A DNA stretch of 64,000 bases from Podospora anserina. Lineage: Eukaryota. A model generated the notes under the pieces. That model saw only the letters and a program-made list of their open reading frames with translations, ran no database searches and was not told where the DNA came from. The stretch's first letter is position 1, and each line of letters opens with the position of its first letter. The stretch lies in the NCBI GenBank assembly GCA_017654855.1, contig CM030337.1:2914001-2978000 (forward strand). The letters are read 5' to 3'. Of this stretch, positions 12,740 through 25,730 are shown in pieces. The position numbers and the translations under genes were made by a program.

Positions 12740-14722
12740 AGCGGAGGGGAGGCGCAAGAGATAGAGTGTTTCAGCGAGTTTGAGTTTTTTCCACCAAGAT
12801 ACCCAACGCCCGATGTATCGAGGCGATTCACAGCGCAACTTTTGTTTTTTTTGTAGACTGGACAAAGGTTTGGAGTCTGGGGTTGTTTATAGACACGGTA
12901 GGGAGGAAATGGGAAAGAACAGGGCTGTTTTTGAGGGTTATTGTTAGAGGGATGGATATACCCGCGACTTTTATGGGCTATTATTGCATGCAGGATACTG
13001 TACCATTTCATGGAGGGAGATGAATTTGGGGGCGATCAGTGGATTTGGGGGGATTTTTTTTTCCTTCCCCGGGGGGCACTGCTATTCGATTCGGTTTCGT
13101 TGTTACTGCAGTCATCTCTCAGAGGGTGGGAGGGATCAGGGAAGGGTGTATGCATATAAAGCAAAAAAGAAAAAAAAATTATTATATTTTTATAAATCTT
13201 TTGGTTGATGGGTGATGTGAACGTGAGGGTGTTGAGGGTTGGAGGGAAGTTGTTGGGCACAGACCGCAAGGCTACAACCTGGAAGTGGCTTGTGGTGATT
13301 TACTTTTGCTCTCTGTGATGGTGATTATAAGGTGTGTAATAATGCCATCTCTGTGGTGCCAACGCTTGTTGGCTGCAGTGTGCTTGCTTCTTTCTTCTCG
13401 CCGTTGGTAGTAGTTGAGTCTGAGTCTGGGAGAAGATGTTGGCCACGCCTCTTGGGTCTGTCTGTCACATGCGGCAACATTAGTACACCACAGCCCATCT
13501 GTGGTTGTTGAGGCTCTTTCTCTCGCCGTGCCGGCAGTCAAGCTTTTGTACATGCCTTTTCTTGAATTTGATATTCCTGTCGCCAAGGGCGTCTCTTCTC
13601 ATGGTGAGACAGTTAAGATGAGATGTCAAGCAGCTTGCGATGTAATGGAGATGGAATGGCTGCTTATTGCATTTTCTGCACTGAGTATCGCGAGGTGAGA
13701 ACAACACGGGCATGGTTGATGGCTGAGAAGTTGGAGGCTGGTGGGGTGCAACATTCCATCTCGGTCGCTGATACTCGGAGTTTGGGGATTGGCAGGAGCA
13801 AGAGTGAACTCTTCCCAGGAGCTTGGGTACCCCATCTGTGCGCAACGAACCTGCGATCGATCGGTAGCCGTTCGTTTTAACAAGGACCTTTGCGTTCGCC
13901 CTGCCACACCCATCCCTCATCATCGACGATGCAAGGCGTACCGAAGGCTGCCGTCCCCCGGGGTCCGTGATCTGGGAGGGGGACCGGGATTGCCGATCAA
14001 TGTGGCATTCGGGGTCAGTGTGGGGAACCCCGGACAGATGGTGAGATAGTCACGATGGTACTGTACTGGCTGATGAAGGGTAGCACAGATGGCGTCATGA
14101 TTCCCACGACTTCACTTTGCGGTCTCGGTATCCAGCAGCACGCATGAGTAGGGATTATTGGATGTTATCGACCATGACCAGATCCTGAACAGCGGGCCCT
14201 GCGCTCAGCTACGGAGCTCCAGGGGAAAGTCCGTCAAGCCCTGACATCAGCTACCGGGGGGTTGTTTATTTTGGCGTCCCAGTTCCTTCGCCAACGCTCT
14301 ACATTAGCTCCAGCAGGATCGGGAGGTGTGGTTGCTCAGGTAGGTACGAAAGGTTAAATGTTCCCCAAGCTCTCGACAAATTCACTTGGGGGGTAACGGC
14401 TTTTTGTACCACAGGAGCGGCACCGGTTGCAGCACAAAAAGTTACTCCGGTCCCTCTTCCGAAGGAGCCAGAAAGTACATGAAGAGCCGGATACAAAAGG
14501 CTGTTGGGCTTGAAGACATTGACTCGATTGGGTAAGACACCGCCGAAGGAGCCGACTGAGAGTAATACTCCGAATAAATCCCCCGAGTCAACCGGCGACC
14601 ACCGAGAGAGCTAGCTACGACTTTGTTGCAGCACTCGACTTGGCTACCCGAAGATACTCACCTCGTCAAAATACTCTCAAACCACGAGAAGGGATATACA
14701 TCCCAGATCACGAATAACAACA

Positions 14723-15514
14723 ATGGAGCGACCGACGACGAAACCGGCGCTCAAGCCTATCTACCCTCCCAGTCACATCAACATCTGCTCACCCTTCACC
14801 CCGAAAGAATACACATGCTGCCACTGCGACAACACCAGCAATTTCCTTGTCTTCTCCCAAGACAGACGAGTTAGCTCCTGTCCCCACGCGCACGATCCCC
14901 AGACCTGTGTCCCGAGCCATCATCGCAGCAATGCCCCGCAAGGATGCCAGATGAGAGACCACCTCGGCCGACCCCCGCTCAAGCTCCGAATCCCAGCTGC
15001 TTTCACCTGCGCGACGTGCAAGAATCAAAACAGCATCTTCAAGATCATGGCACAAGAGCTGGTGACGTGTAACTGTGGTGCACCTTACTTGGAAGCTGTA
15101 TATGATCAATATGGACAGATCCTTTTATGGCCTGGGCTGAGGGGTGATGCCGCTATTGACGAGCTCTCGGACCCGAAGAAGGTAGCTGAACTCAGATGGA
15201 GGTTGATTGAGATGGGAGGGATGCCTTGGGTGGAGGATGAGACTAGGTTGCGGAAATGGGTTGAGGAGCAAGAGGCATTGGAGGATTTGCAGAAGGCCGA
15301 GTTTGTCAGGCGGGGGATGACGAGGCAGAAGGAGGAGGCGAGAGCGGCGTTGGGGATGTTGAAGGGTTTGGGACCCGGCTCGCCGGGGCTTTCGCCTTCG
15401 GGGTCACCTTCGCCTTCACCTTCGCCCTCGCCGTCATCGGAAAATGGGAAGGGGGAGGAGAGTTGGGATAGGCTGTTCAAGGTCGTTCCAAAACATCAGA
15501 TTGAGTGCGTGTAG
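14723..15514 (+). CDS. Hypothetical protein with Cys/His pairs (possible zinc ribbons) and an SP-repeat tail
   Basis: 263-aa ORF with good start context, CCHC, CPH, CATC and CNC motifs, a coiled-coil-like segment and (SP)n. Confidence 0.55.
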   Translation: MERPTTKPALKPIYPPSHINICSPFTPKEYTCCHCDNTSNFLVFSQDRRVSSCPHAHDPQTCVPSHHRSNAPQGCQMRDHLGRPPLKLRIPAAFTCATCKNQNSIFKIMAQELVTCNCGAPYLEAVYDQYGQILLWPGLRGDAAIDELSDPKKVAELRWRLIEMGGMPWVEDETRLRKWVEEQEALEDLQKAEFVRRGMTRQKEEARAALGMLKGLGPGSPGLSPSGSPSPSPSPSPSSENGKGEESWDRLFKVVPKHQIECV

Positions 15515-16204
15515 ACCAAGGATTCTTTGGATGATGGGCTGGCTGAGTTGAGTGTGGTTGAGTAGGGGCCGTGGATGAGGGTATAATGTGAATAGGGTTG
15601 CATGGAGACGGCGTTATGGCGTTCTAAAGGTTGATCTTGATACCCTTTTTGCTGCACGCTACTTGGGAGGTCCCGGGGTTTCTGGCTATCTTCGGGCGAA
15701 ATTTTACAATATCTGAGATCTCTACATGTCATATGATCTTTTGGATAATATTCTATTTCATCTTTACCCATGTCAAGAAGGGCATGGCAGTCTATGTCTT
15801 TTCACTCAGCTGGGTACCAAACGTTATCGACTGGGAAAATTGAGTTTACCACAGGTGCACATCTTGTCCACCCACCAAACTCAAAAACAAAGTTTGTCTC
15901 CTTAATATTCAACTTGACACACCGAGCAACTTTCCATCCCAAAATCCCGTCTTTTTCTTCACTGCCATCCGAACCTCCGCTTAGTAGCACCCCTGTGGAC
16001 AGAAAATAAGGGACTGCGATGAAATATTAAAGCCTTCAAAGATAGTTAGGACACTTCTTAAACATCTAAGAAGACCTTTCGACTATCCCCGAAGGCCTAT
16101 AACACATATTTAACGCCTATTTTTTTTATATATATTTGAAGGCATACCAACCAAACTCCTGCTCCTCCTTCATGTCCATCGGGGCGTCAGTTCATAACAT
16201 CAAG

Positions 16205-16720
16205 ATGGAGCAACAAGCCCTCGTCGAGCCCGAACCAGACGACTACAGCGCACCAGACATCGCTTTCTTCCCAGGCTATCTACACCTGACAATCGGGGCT
16301 CCAATCAAACTAAAATCCAAATTCAACAGAAACGAAGAGGATCAGAAACCCAATACCACCACCACCACCTGTCGCATCTCCCACCCAGGCATCACCGCCA
16401 TCGAAAAACTCAAACTCTACAACAGCCATTACTACCGCGCCCAAATCGCCTTGTACTCGAGTAAGTTGGTGAAGTACTCCCGGGAGTACTACGCCGCCGA
16501 AGCAGAGATGCTCCTCGCCAAGGAAAAGAAACTGTTATCGCGAGCGGCATACTTTTCCAGAAAGGCGAGAGAGTTTGAGAGGAGGGCGGCAGATGCAGAT
16601 ATCACCAGGGCCGAGAAAGACAGATTTGAGAAGAGGGAGATAGGGTACGAGATCATGGCGGATAAATTACGCCAGCAACGCGAGGCGGGCCAGGGAGGGG
16701 GCTCATACCTTTGCGGTTAG
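16205..16720 (+). CDS. Hypothetical coiled-coil protein (3' end uncertain)
   Basis: CAAGATG start, MEQQALVEPEPDDY..., charged helical C-terminal half. Confidence 0.45.
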   Translation: MEQQALVEPEPDDYSAPDIAFFPGYLHLTIGAPIKLKSKFNRNEEDQKPNTTTTTCRISHPGITAIEKLKLYNSHYYRAQIALYSSKLVKYSREYYAAEAEMLLAKEKKLLSRAAYFSRKAREFERRAADADITRAEKDRFEKREIGYEIMADKLRQQREAGQGGGSYLCG

Positions 16721-18159
16721 GGCGATGGAGGAGACGAGTGAATGCAAGGAGGAGACGAGGGAGTGGTGGAAGAGGTAGTGTGAGGAGGCGGTTAGGGAGG
16801 GCTATGGAGGTGGGGGAGAAGGGGAGGTTTAGATCTGCCATCTCAAGACTTTCAGCACCTGACAATATAAGGTACACAACTTACCTATTGCGGTGTGATG
16901 CCCATCATTTGTGCCTACCCTATAACGTGCTCAGGATCTAGATCGACGACCAACTAGTGGTCCGTCGTCTGGCCTGCACCACCTGCTGCATCATGCAGCT
17001 GTCGGATCCAGGTGCGGTATCTTGCATACAGCCTGCAGCCATGCCGTTACTAATGCATCAGATCCATCCGAGCCCATGGTCCCGGAGGTAGGCTATCTAT
17101 GCCATATCCTACTCAGACATGCGACAAATATCGAAGTGCATGTCATGTTGTTCTTGTTGTCGTTGTCGACCTGTGGTTTCAACGTCTTGGTCAGACCTGC
17201 CAACTCTCCCACGGCCAGCACCAGACAGAGCAGAACACACCTTCAGACTGGCAAGTCTCCCGGCCTCTCTCTCTACAGCTCAGTCAGGCAAAGTGAAACA
17301 GTCCAAACCAGGATTCAAGGCCCCTAACCTGCTTCTGGATTTTGAGCTCCTAGCCATGTTGGTGTCAGTTTGAGTAGGGTCCGTCCGTATTGCTTACGAG
17401 GGCTTGAACACTACCTACCTTCTTCTGCTTTTGTGCACCTATCCGTGTGAATGTACATGTCACCCAGAGTCCACAGTGGCTATAAGCGTTGGTATGGACT
17501 TTGTACGTCTTGGTGGGAATCGGCTGGGGAATCCAAAAGAGGAACAAGAGCTGAGAGCTTCCAAAGAAACAGACCAAATGCCGCCCCCCACAGGAGCTGG
17601 TCCAAGTCGAAGGAAGGGAAGTTGCAGATGTCTCCCACATGCATGGACCAGGGTTCCACCCATCATCGGGCACCTATGGCCAGCACTCGCCGTTCTGCAC
17701 CGTCAAGGTACCTTCCATAGAGCTTATTAGGCACCTATCTGAGTTTGATTCACACCTACCTGTAGTGACAACGGACACTGTTGTCTGGTGGAATCCATCT
17801 ATGCATAGCCCTTATTTGTTATCTTTCAACACTTACCTTGGTCAACACTTTCCCAGGCCCCCCTCACTTTTGGTGAAAACAGACGGCTTGTGTTTACACA
17901 CACATCAGGGAGGAGCCAATGTCCATTGACAAGAGTAAACACACTCTGGATAGAGTCTCAAAGACGACCAGTCAATCCACCTTCAAGGACATCAAATACA
18001 TTTATAAACATAAAAGCAACGCTTTATTTCAGCTTTGCAGATAATTTACTCTACAATCCATGACGCTCATCTTCTCCCTCCACTTCATCATCCTCCATTC
18101 TCCCAAGCCATTATAAAAAACACCGGTGGGCTCCAGATCCATGATAAGCCATTCATAGG

Positions 18160-18900
18160 CTATCGAATCCGTTGGGAAGCCACGATGGTTACATCGTGGA
18201 ACTTTTCAGGCAGAGGGCCCCCAAACACCAACCAGAGGAGAAACAAGGTTCGGTCGAACTGCTCATAGTAAACAATCCAAAACAATGCTGTTGCGTAAGC
18301 CCCCCAAAAGGACCCTGTGCCAGAGCTGAGTTGAACGTTCCACAAATTCCAAAGAATAAGGAGACGGATAACAAGGTGACCCGACCATGATGCTAGTTAT
18401 ACAACCTTGGAAATAGAACTACGATAGACAGCGGCAGCAGCAGGTGGATATGGGACATGGTTTCGAACTGCTCAGAATAAACCATCCAAAACAATGCTGT
18501 TGTGTAAAGCCCCCAAATAGACCCTATGCCGTAGTTGAGTTGAAAGCTCCACAGATTCCAAAGAATAAGGAGACGGATAACAAGGTAACCCGACCATGAG
18601 GTTGATCTCTCCAACATTTCAATCAGAATTGCGATAGACGGCAGCAGCTGCAGGCGGATATGGGTCGTGATGCTGTCCTTTGGCGTTTTTATATACCACA
18701 CGGAATTAAACGAAGAGCCTTCCTCAGACGGAGAGCCTTCTTCAGACGGGGAGCCTTCCTGCTTTTGTTCCTCAACAATATTCACACTCGAGGTTGGTGT
18801 TACTTGCCCTGGTTCGCTGTTGGACGACTTGGTGGTGGCAGCCGGTGTTGGTGTAGCCCATGTTGGTCTTTCCGCGGGGACTGGTGTTGTTTTCGGTGTC
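18160..18900 (-). pseudogene. Internally duplicated hydrophobic ORF remnant
   Basis: Two diverged copies of a unit encoding SWSGxLVIRLLILWNLW...W.G.Y.TALFW.VY.EQF, in different frames and separated by a stop at 18393. No clear ATG. Confidence 0.4.
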
Positions 18901-19019
18901 TAACCGCCCGGGCCAATCCCATCCCCCCCATTCTCCTCATCACCACCCTCAGCAGCCACCACCTCCTCATCCCCAACACCACCAGCAGGACCACCATAAA
19001 CAACTTGCTCTCGATCCCT

Positions 19020-19868
19020 CTAAGATCTCAGCCCATCATCCGGCAGCCCCGCCACAGCCTCAGGCGTCTGAATCCACCCCTCATCCCCCGCCGCCACCAG
19101 CCCGGCAAACCATATATTCGCCATCTTCTTATATCCCCTATCATTAGGGTGCGTCTGATCAGCAAAATCCACCCCCTCCATCGGCCCCTGATCGCTGTGC
19201 ATGTCCACCAGCACAATTCTCCTTCCCTCATCCCTCAGGCTCTTAACCAACCTCCGAAACTGGTCATTTATATCCAACACCCTCCTCTCCACGACCGGAT
19301 CCTTATTGAGCAGCAGTGTTGAAAGGATCACCACTGCCCGGGGTGACAAGGTCCAGCAATCTTTCAACATCGCCTCCATCCTCAGCGCGGCAGTACGCAC
19401 ATCCTTATTCTGCAACGCATCATTCGTCCCCGCATTCACAAGAAAAACGTTGGGTTTGTATTTCGGCACCGACACCGCAGCGACGGCTCTGGAGTGGACT
19501 TCGTCGATGCGGGCGCCTGGCCAGCCTTCCACATCGTTGTCGCGCATTATGCCCGCTTTTCGGGAGCCGACGAAGTTTACCAAGGTGTTGCCGGCGGCGA
19601 CGAGCTGGTTGCGGAGTTCGTTTCGGTAGCCGTTGCCGTCTGTGGAGGCTTGGCCGTAGGTTATTGATGCCCCTAAAGGCATGATGCGGAGGGGGGTGGC
19701 GTTTGCTATGGGTTGGACGGCGCGAGAGCCGAGGTTGAAGTGGTTTACTGCTACGCCTTGGTTTGCTAGGGGGGTTGCCAGCGCTGCGTGATGCGTTAGT
19801 GAAGGACGGGGAGAGGGGAGGAGAAGGGGGAACGCACCGAGTATGAGGTTGTGTATTGGGAGGAACAT
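19020..19868 (-). CDS. Secreted SGNH/GDSL esterase (CE3-like)
   Basis: Hydrophobic N-terminus, LRIMPLGASITYG (Ser), GWPG, NAGTND, DQTHPND (Asp/His). Confidence 0.9.
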   Translation of the reverse strand: MFLPIHNLILGAFPLLLPSPRPSLTHHAALATPLANQGVAVNHFNLGSRAVQPIANATPLRIMPLGASITYGQASTDGNGYRNELRNQLVAAGNTLVNFVGSRKAGIMRDNDVEGWPGARIDEVHSRAVAAVSVPKYKPNVFLVNAGTNDALQNKDVRTAALRMEAMLKDCWTLSPRAVVILSTLLLNKDPVVERRVLDINDQFRRLVKSLRDEGRRIVLVDMHSDQGPMEGVDFADQTHPNDRGYKKMANIWFAGLVAAGDEGWIQTPEAVAGLPDDGLRS

Positions 19869-20475
19869 TTTGGCTGTAAGTGGGGTTTGGTGGTGATGGT
19901 GTGAGGCGTGATAGGTATGTGAGGGCAAGTCCCGAGAGGACAGCAAAGCCCCCGATATCGTGGGTGTAAGTGATGCGATGTGGACAGCTGCCAGAGGGCG
20001 AACGTCGCAGGATTGCCAAGTGAATGGCAAAATGTGTTAATTTTTTTTTAAAAAAAAGGTCCAAGAGGAGCCAACACTACAACAACCCGTTTCCGGACTT
20101 GTCGAACACCTATTTATATGTACACCCAAGGATACTCCCTTTTGCCAGTCGGCCACGATATCTTGGACCACACCAGCCAAGGCAAGGGGGGAAAGAAGCC
20201 AAGGCAAGGCAGAAAGTTCAAAAAGCCGCCTGGACCGCCGTGTAAGTCAAGCGGAAACGGACCGATGGTGATGTGGTGATCACGAAAAATGTCTCGGGTG
20301 ACTGGGTCGTTCCGCATGCGGGGAGGGGGATGGTATGGAACAACCGGAGCAAAAGGAAAAAGGTATGTATGCAATTTAAGAGCAATACCGTAATCTTGAT
20401 AAGAGGCAGCGAGGTCCTTCGGATTTAAAATGTCGCAATATCCCGATTAAGTGTTGCAGTGTAATACCGGACGTC

Positions 20476-20515
20476 GTGTGTGTGTGTGGTGTGTGTATGT
20501 GTGTGTGTGTGTGTG
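20476..20515. repeat. Interrupted (GT)n microsatellite
   Basis: GT/TG run seen directly. Confidence 0.85.
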
Positions 20516-22033
20516 CAATAGGCTAAAAAGTTGGGGATAATATGGGCAACAAGCGGGTGGTGGTGATGAGGTAGTTTTGTCAATATCACCCGAGGAAGCC
20601 GTGGCTCAGCTTCCTGTTCATTGTTGGAACTGGTGGCATCATGTTGCTGGAGGAAGGTGGGTTTTGCTGTGGTTGGAAGGAGGTAAACAAGAAAAGGTTC
20701 CTGGGGCGGCGGGGGCGAGTAAGGGGACGGCAGTCATGATCAAGAAAGAGAAAGACGTGAGACGCTAGTGTAGGGCCACCAGCCGGGCAGGGCCACGATG
20801 TCGGGTGTTGACCCACGGTGTTGCGTTAGATACCGTGCGGCGGAGAGGAAAGTGGAGGTGAGATGGCAGGCTCCCTTGCGTCGCTGTTGGCTGACCACCT
20901 ACCTACCGTGAGACTGAGCCTGCCCTTGCCCTTGCCCTTGCCCATTCATCTTCTGCCGTCTGATCATGTTGGCACAGTTGGCAGGCAGCCTACAGACATT
21001 GTGCTTCATGCGGCAGTCAGCAGACAGAACAGACAGAAACCTCACCATCACCATGAAGCCGCTGCCAAGAAGGCAGATCCAGCGCGCCGGTTTTCGTTGC
21101 CCTGCGAGTGGGATGCCTGGTTCTGGTGTCAACAGATCTTGTCAATCAATTGCCCATCAGGGACGAGGGGGGGCCGGCTAGGGCCGCTTGTCCAAACTTG
21201 GCTTTTCTTAGCTTCACTGAACCCTGCATGCATCCCCACCCGCGTCTGGATCACCTTCGCCGGCCCTGCTTCCTCGTGGCTGCGAGTGGCACCTGTCATT
21301 GGCTCTCGGTTACGAAATTCCAGAAGCTCTCTCATCATCCATTGTCCCGTCGAGCACGACAGGCACGTTCCCCAAAGACGCGGGGGGCCGGACCCCCAAT
21401 ATGGGGTATTATGCTTCGATATTCGATAATTTATCCTGGGTAAACTGGGTGGCCGGTTCGTAAGGTACAACCTGTCACCGACGCGGGGAAACTGCCTTCT
21501 GTGAGCTGAGCTGGCCTCCTGCGATCACCAAGTGGTGTCGTCGGCGGCGCACGACCTCGGCCCAGTCACACCGATGCACAAGTTCCCCGCGCTCATCATT
21601 GGAGGCTGGGCAGGCCTGTGGGGAGAGGTGGCCGAGTTCTCGCAGCTTGCCGGCGAGCTCTCATTCGCATTCGGGTAGTGATTTCCTCTCGAGAGCTGCA
21701 TGTTCCAGCGAGTTGCTGATGTTGTGGTCAGTTTGCTCCGAAAGCAGGTGGTTGTTGCTGAGGTGTGTGAGACAGCACCAGCAACTGAGCGACCAAATTT
21801 CCGTACCCAGAATGCCAAGCTTTGTGCCTGGACCCAACACAACTTCAATCTTATCAAGCACGGACCACATGAGGTAAAAAAAGATTCGAGACACAACATG
21901 CGAAAAAACATAAGCACCACTTGGACTATCACATCTTTATGTGTGTGTCTGCTTCCATAATAGCCCCCTTTGTACACGATCTCGATAGAAGCAACTGGGA
22001 GATTCGACAGACCAAAAAATGCAAAAGAAAGGA

Positions 22034-22125
22034 CTCGGATACCGGGAGTCGAACCCGGGGCTGTTGAGAGAACAGGCACTTCTGAGAAGTGAGAGTCAAC
22101 GATGTTACCGCTACACCATACCCGA
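22034..22125 (-). tRNA. tRNA-Glu(CTC) with an intron of about 20 nt
   Basis: Reverse complement folds as a cloverleaf: acceptor stem TCGGGTA/TATCCGA, D arm GTGT-AGCGGTA-ACAT, anticodon stem GTTGA/TCAAC with CTC, intron after position 37, T arm CCGGG-TTCGACT-CCCGG. T-rich tracts follow. Confidence 0.93.
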
Positions 22126-23499
22126 TGAGGATGGTTCCGATTGGATTGATTGGTTGGATCATGTGGCTTATGCCTTGAAGAAGAGAGAGAGTTGGCGCGC
22201 CAATCAGGACATTGGAAACCACCACAATGGTTGGCCTGAGGTGGAAACCCATCAGCTCTCACCAGTTACAAGAAACACAATGGGTGCATATAAGTCCATA
22301 GTGACATTTTACAAGCAAGAAAGCGCCTTGGAACGATGAGAAACCGCTCAAATGTCCCGAGTTCATCCAGCCCTAAGACAGACTAGCTAATGAGGTTTGT
22401 GGCGCAGTCAAGCTTGCTGTCAGGTCTTGGGTCTCAATGCTTACTCGTAGCCACATAAAATTGGGGCCTGCTTATACGACCTTCCGGAATGGAGACAAGC
22501 TTCAGGATGACGGACGCCGCAGCGGGCGAGTTGTTAGAGGACAAAAGTGCCCTGCATTGACAACGTGTTGACCGCGTCCCTGGGAATTGGGTTTGGTACT
22601 GCCAAGGGAATGAAGCATTGTGGGGTGATAAGATTCTTACCTCGACCACTTTTCTGCCCATCCCGACTATCATTCGGCCAAGAGAACCTTGCAGGTAGTA
22701 AGGCATCCAACAGCGATGGCCTGACCTCACTCTCCCCCAAGCGTGGCTTTCATAGGTTCAACTTACGAGCTGATATCTGCCAATGTCACGATGAAGGCGT
22801 CCCAAGGAGCTTCGCAAAGCAAGTGCTAAACTATTGAGCGCTACGAGTGGAAGAGGCATCACCAGTGAAGACGTCACAGTCAATCTCTCAGTCTGCCTTG
22901 GTTGATACACATCTCAAAAAATAAATCTTTGCCATGCTTCATACCAGCGAGTGTGCGGTGGAGTACCTGTTCCGGATAACAGCACCCGCTCACGAACTTT
23001 CGACTGAGTGGGAGGCCGCCCGTTCGCAGATGGGAGAGTTCTTGGATTCGCGATGCGTCTCCATACTACTCAGATTGAAAGAAAAGGCATACCACAGTTT
23101 ATGCAACCTGCTTATGTGCTGTAGTCTTCTGGAAGTCGGCGACGAATATGAACCTCACACAATCCCCAACGTAGTTAGCTCGTCCCGCCGCTTTAATCAG
23201 GCCTTCTCAGGACGGCTCAGGGTCGGCTCCCTTGTGCTCAGCCTACGCTCAGGTTTTGAACACATGGTCCTCCGAAGCCGCAGGGCTCGTCAAGAACAAC
23301 AAGTTGAGACACAATATTTCAGTAGAAGCCATAAATAACCCCTGAGGAAAGAATCTGTTGGGCTCCACACGGCTTACGCAGGATCTAAAAACGAATATCT
23401 CTGCGACGGGGTTCTCCTCTACATAAGGGGCAGCCATTTCCGGCTTCTATCTACTTTCCTTTGCTGATTCACTCCCATCATATAATCGCTTCTAACCTA

Positions 23500-24293
23500 C
23501 ACATTTGCCCTTCCATATATTATTTACTATCCGCACGTTTACAAAGTCTTTTCTTAATAGGGGAAGCGAAGAGTGTCGAGGAGCACTTCCGCCCTTAGGA
23601 ACTACGGTGTGTTCGCCTATCTTGATATCTTACTGCATAGTTAACATCTTATTGCCTCAAAGCCGCCGGGAAGTTGACCCTGTCTCCCAACTCGTAGTAA
23701 CTTTTGGTTCAGTAGGTGACAGAAATTTCATCTTTATATTTGTGAATGGTGTTTTTGCGTCTGGACGTGGTCTTGGCCTTGGGCCAGAAAATAGGGTTCA
23801 GTAATCTTATTGGACATGGTTCGTCGGGAGGAAAATCCCACGCTACTCCTTGTATTGTTACCTCGACGTTGTTTTTTTCCAAGATAGATTCTTCATCTTC
23901 ATTTTTCTGCTGGCCAGGTCGGCTGAGGCGATTTGAAATGTTCTCTATAAACACCGAATCGACTTCAATTCCTCGCTTGCGTCGGAATACCGTAGAATTT
24001 ATTGGCCCATGTTGTACAAGGACCCATCTGTTCCTAAAATTACCTTTTGTCCAGCCAAAAAGTTTAGCATTCTCATCAACATCTTTTTGAGCAGTCCGTG
24101 ATAGCATCTCCAATTGCTGAGCTGAAGTCATGATGTCTGCCGGGATTTCCCTATTCTCAACCCAGGACAGGAAGCTCTAATCAACCGGCTCAGTATCTTG
24201 CTCGGAATCCTGCTCAGCATCTTGCTTGGCATCTTCCTCGGCATCCTTCTTGACACCCTTCTCGGCATTCGGAAAGCGGGGGCTTAATTCCAT
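23500..24293 (-). pseudogene. Stop-interrupted ORF of unknown family
   Basis: One frame runs from ATG 24293 (MELSPRFP...KKDAEEDAKQDAEQD) through a TAG near 24178 into the 140-aa ORF 23709-24131 and on through further TGA/TAA stops, consistent with C-to-T damage. Confidence 0.5.
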
Positions 24294-25479
24294 GGAGCTT
24301 CTTCTTGGCAGGTTTGGTCACTTTGGTCTGTTTTCCTGTCATTTTGTGTGTATGTGTGTGTTTGTGTGTGTGAGAGAGAGATGTAAACTAGAAGCCCTGA
24401 GAGATATTGTCCTTGTACTTATAGGTGTTGCGGATGTAAGTTCTAGAAAGTGAAGCCATTTCTGGCTACAGTATGATCTACTCAACATCTAGCTCAGATA
24501 ACGCGAATATCATATAAGCTGCTTCAAGCGCTTATTGATATACGCTCTACGCCAAATACCGCTGTCATCTGTCTCATCTCAAAGACAAATCTCGCTACAT
24601 AGATGCAGAACTGTATCTTTAAACATATGTAGGTCGCAATGTAGTCTCCTCCCGGTACCTATCATTTGCCTAAGATATAGCTATGGAAGAGCATACCTAT
24701 GTTCTGCTCTCCATTGCCGACATCAAATTCCTGATGTTTGTACCCAACGAAGATTCGAACGGCGTGCCTGGTAGAAGATACTTTATCACTTCAACTCAAG
24801 CTGGCCACAGGGTGACTCTAGCCGTCATACCGAGTACTTATCCACATTTTCACCCCTACCGTCCACGGTGAGCTCGATTCCGTGCGGAGGTTTGATTCCT
24901 TAGTATCGAGGTCGTTCAGGTGGCTGCATGGGCTGGTGAGGTCTTCCGCATACTGAGCGGACAATAACTACACCTGCGGGATTCGTCCTCGGCAGCCTTA
25001 AAAGCATCCGGTGCTCAACGCCCAAATAGTAAATGAGAAAAACACAAAGACGGACATAACAAAGTTGACAAAAAGCAAAGGCTAAAAATCCTGTATTGTT
25101 AGGCTTTATATCTGCTAGCCATCATCCACGATGGTATTTTTTTTTTTGATGTATACACAGGTACAAAAGGTATGAATAGGACATTTTTCTTTTTCAGGAC
25201 CTTATTACCAGACTAAACTCTGGATCGCGCATTTAGGCTTGGGAATATTCAGGATAGGAACGTCCTGCGTAGCGCTGCTTCTACGATCTATCGCCTGAGG
25301 CTTATTGAAGGGCTGCTGCCCAGAACAGATGGCTCCTCGCTGGGAGGAGATGGCTTGGGGAACTGGGTAACGCCGAGTTTGCCGTGCTTTAATGGGTGAC
25401 TACCTAGCGGCGATGCTACCAGCGACGATATGACCGCGGTAGCGCCCAAGGACCTAATTACAGATCGAGATGCTAGGCA

Positions 25480-25730
25480 GACTCAGAAGGGAAACCATCT
25501 GCCAGCAGCCTCCCCGCGCTCGAGCTTTTCGAACTCCTCCACGTTATCGAGGCCGCGCGACACAGCGCGAGACATTTTCTCAAGCCACACCTTCTTCTAT
25601 TTACGGTTGAATCTTGGCGTTGGCTGCTTCAGCCAGTTCTTTCGCCTTCTCTAGCTCTGCCTCCACCGCGTCGTTTTGCAAGATAATCTGGTTGAGTTGC
25701 TGGGTGGAGACAGTTAGGTTGGCTCCGAGT
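25480..25730 (-). mobile_element. Degenerate coiled-coil ORF resembling transposon-associated fungal ORFs
   Basis: Translates as ...VEAELEKAKNW...RK*KKVWLEKMSRAVSRGLDNVEEFEKLERGE. Resemblance is by recall only. Confidence 0.3.

Noticed and set aside
10232-22125. Functional link between BRF1 and the nearby tRNA gene
   Set aside because: About 9 kb apart with unrelated genes between; tRNA genes are dispersed, so this is likely coincidence.
21525-22339. ORFs overlapping the tRNA
   Set aside because: No protein features; the sequence is explained by tRNA-Glu and intergenic DNA.
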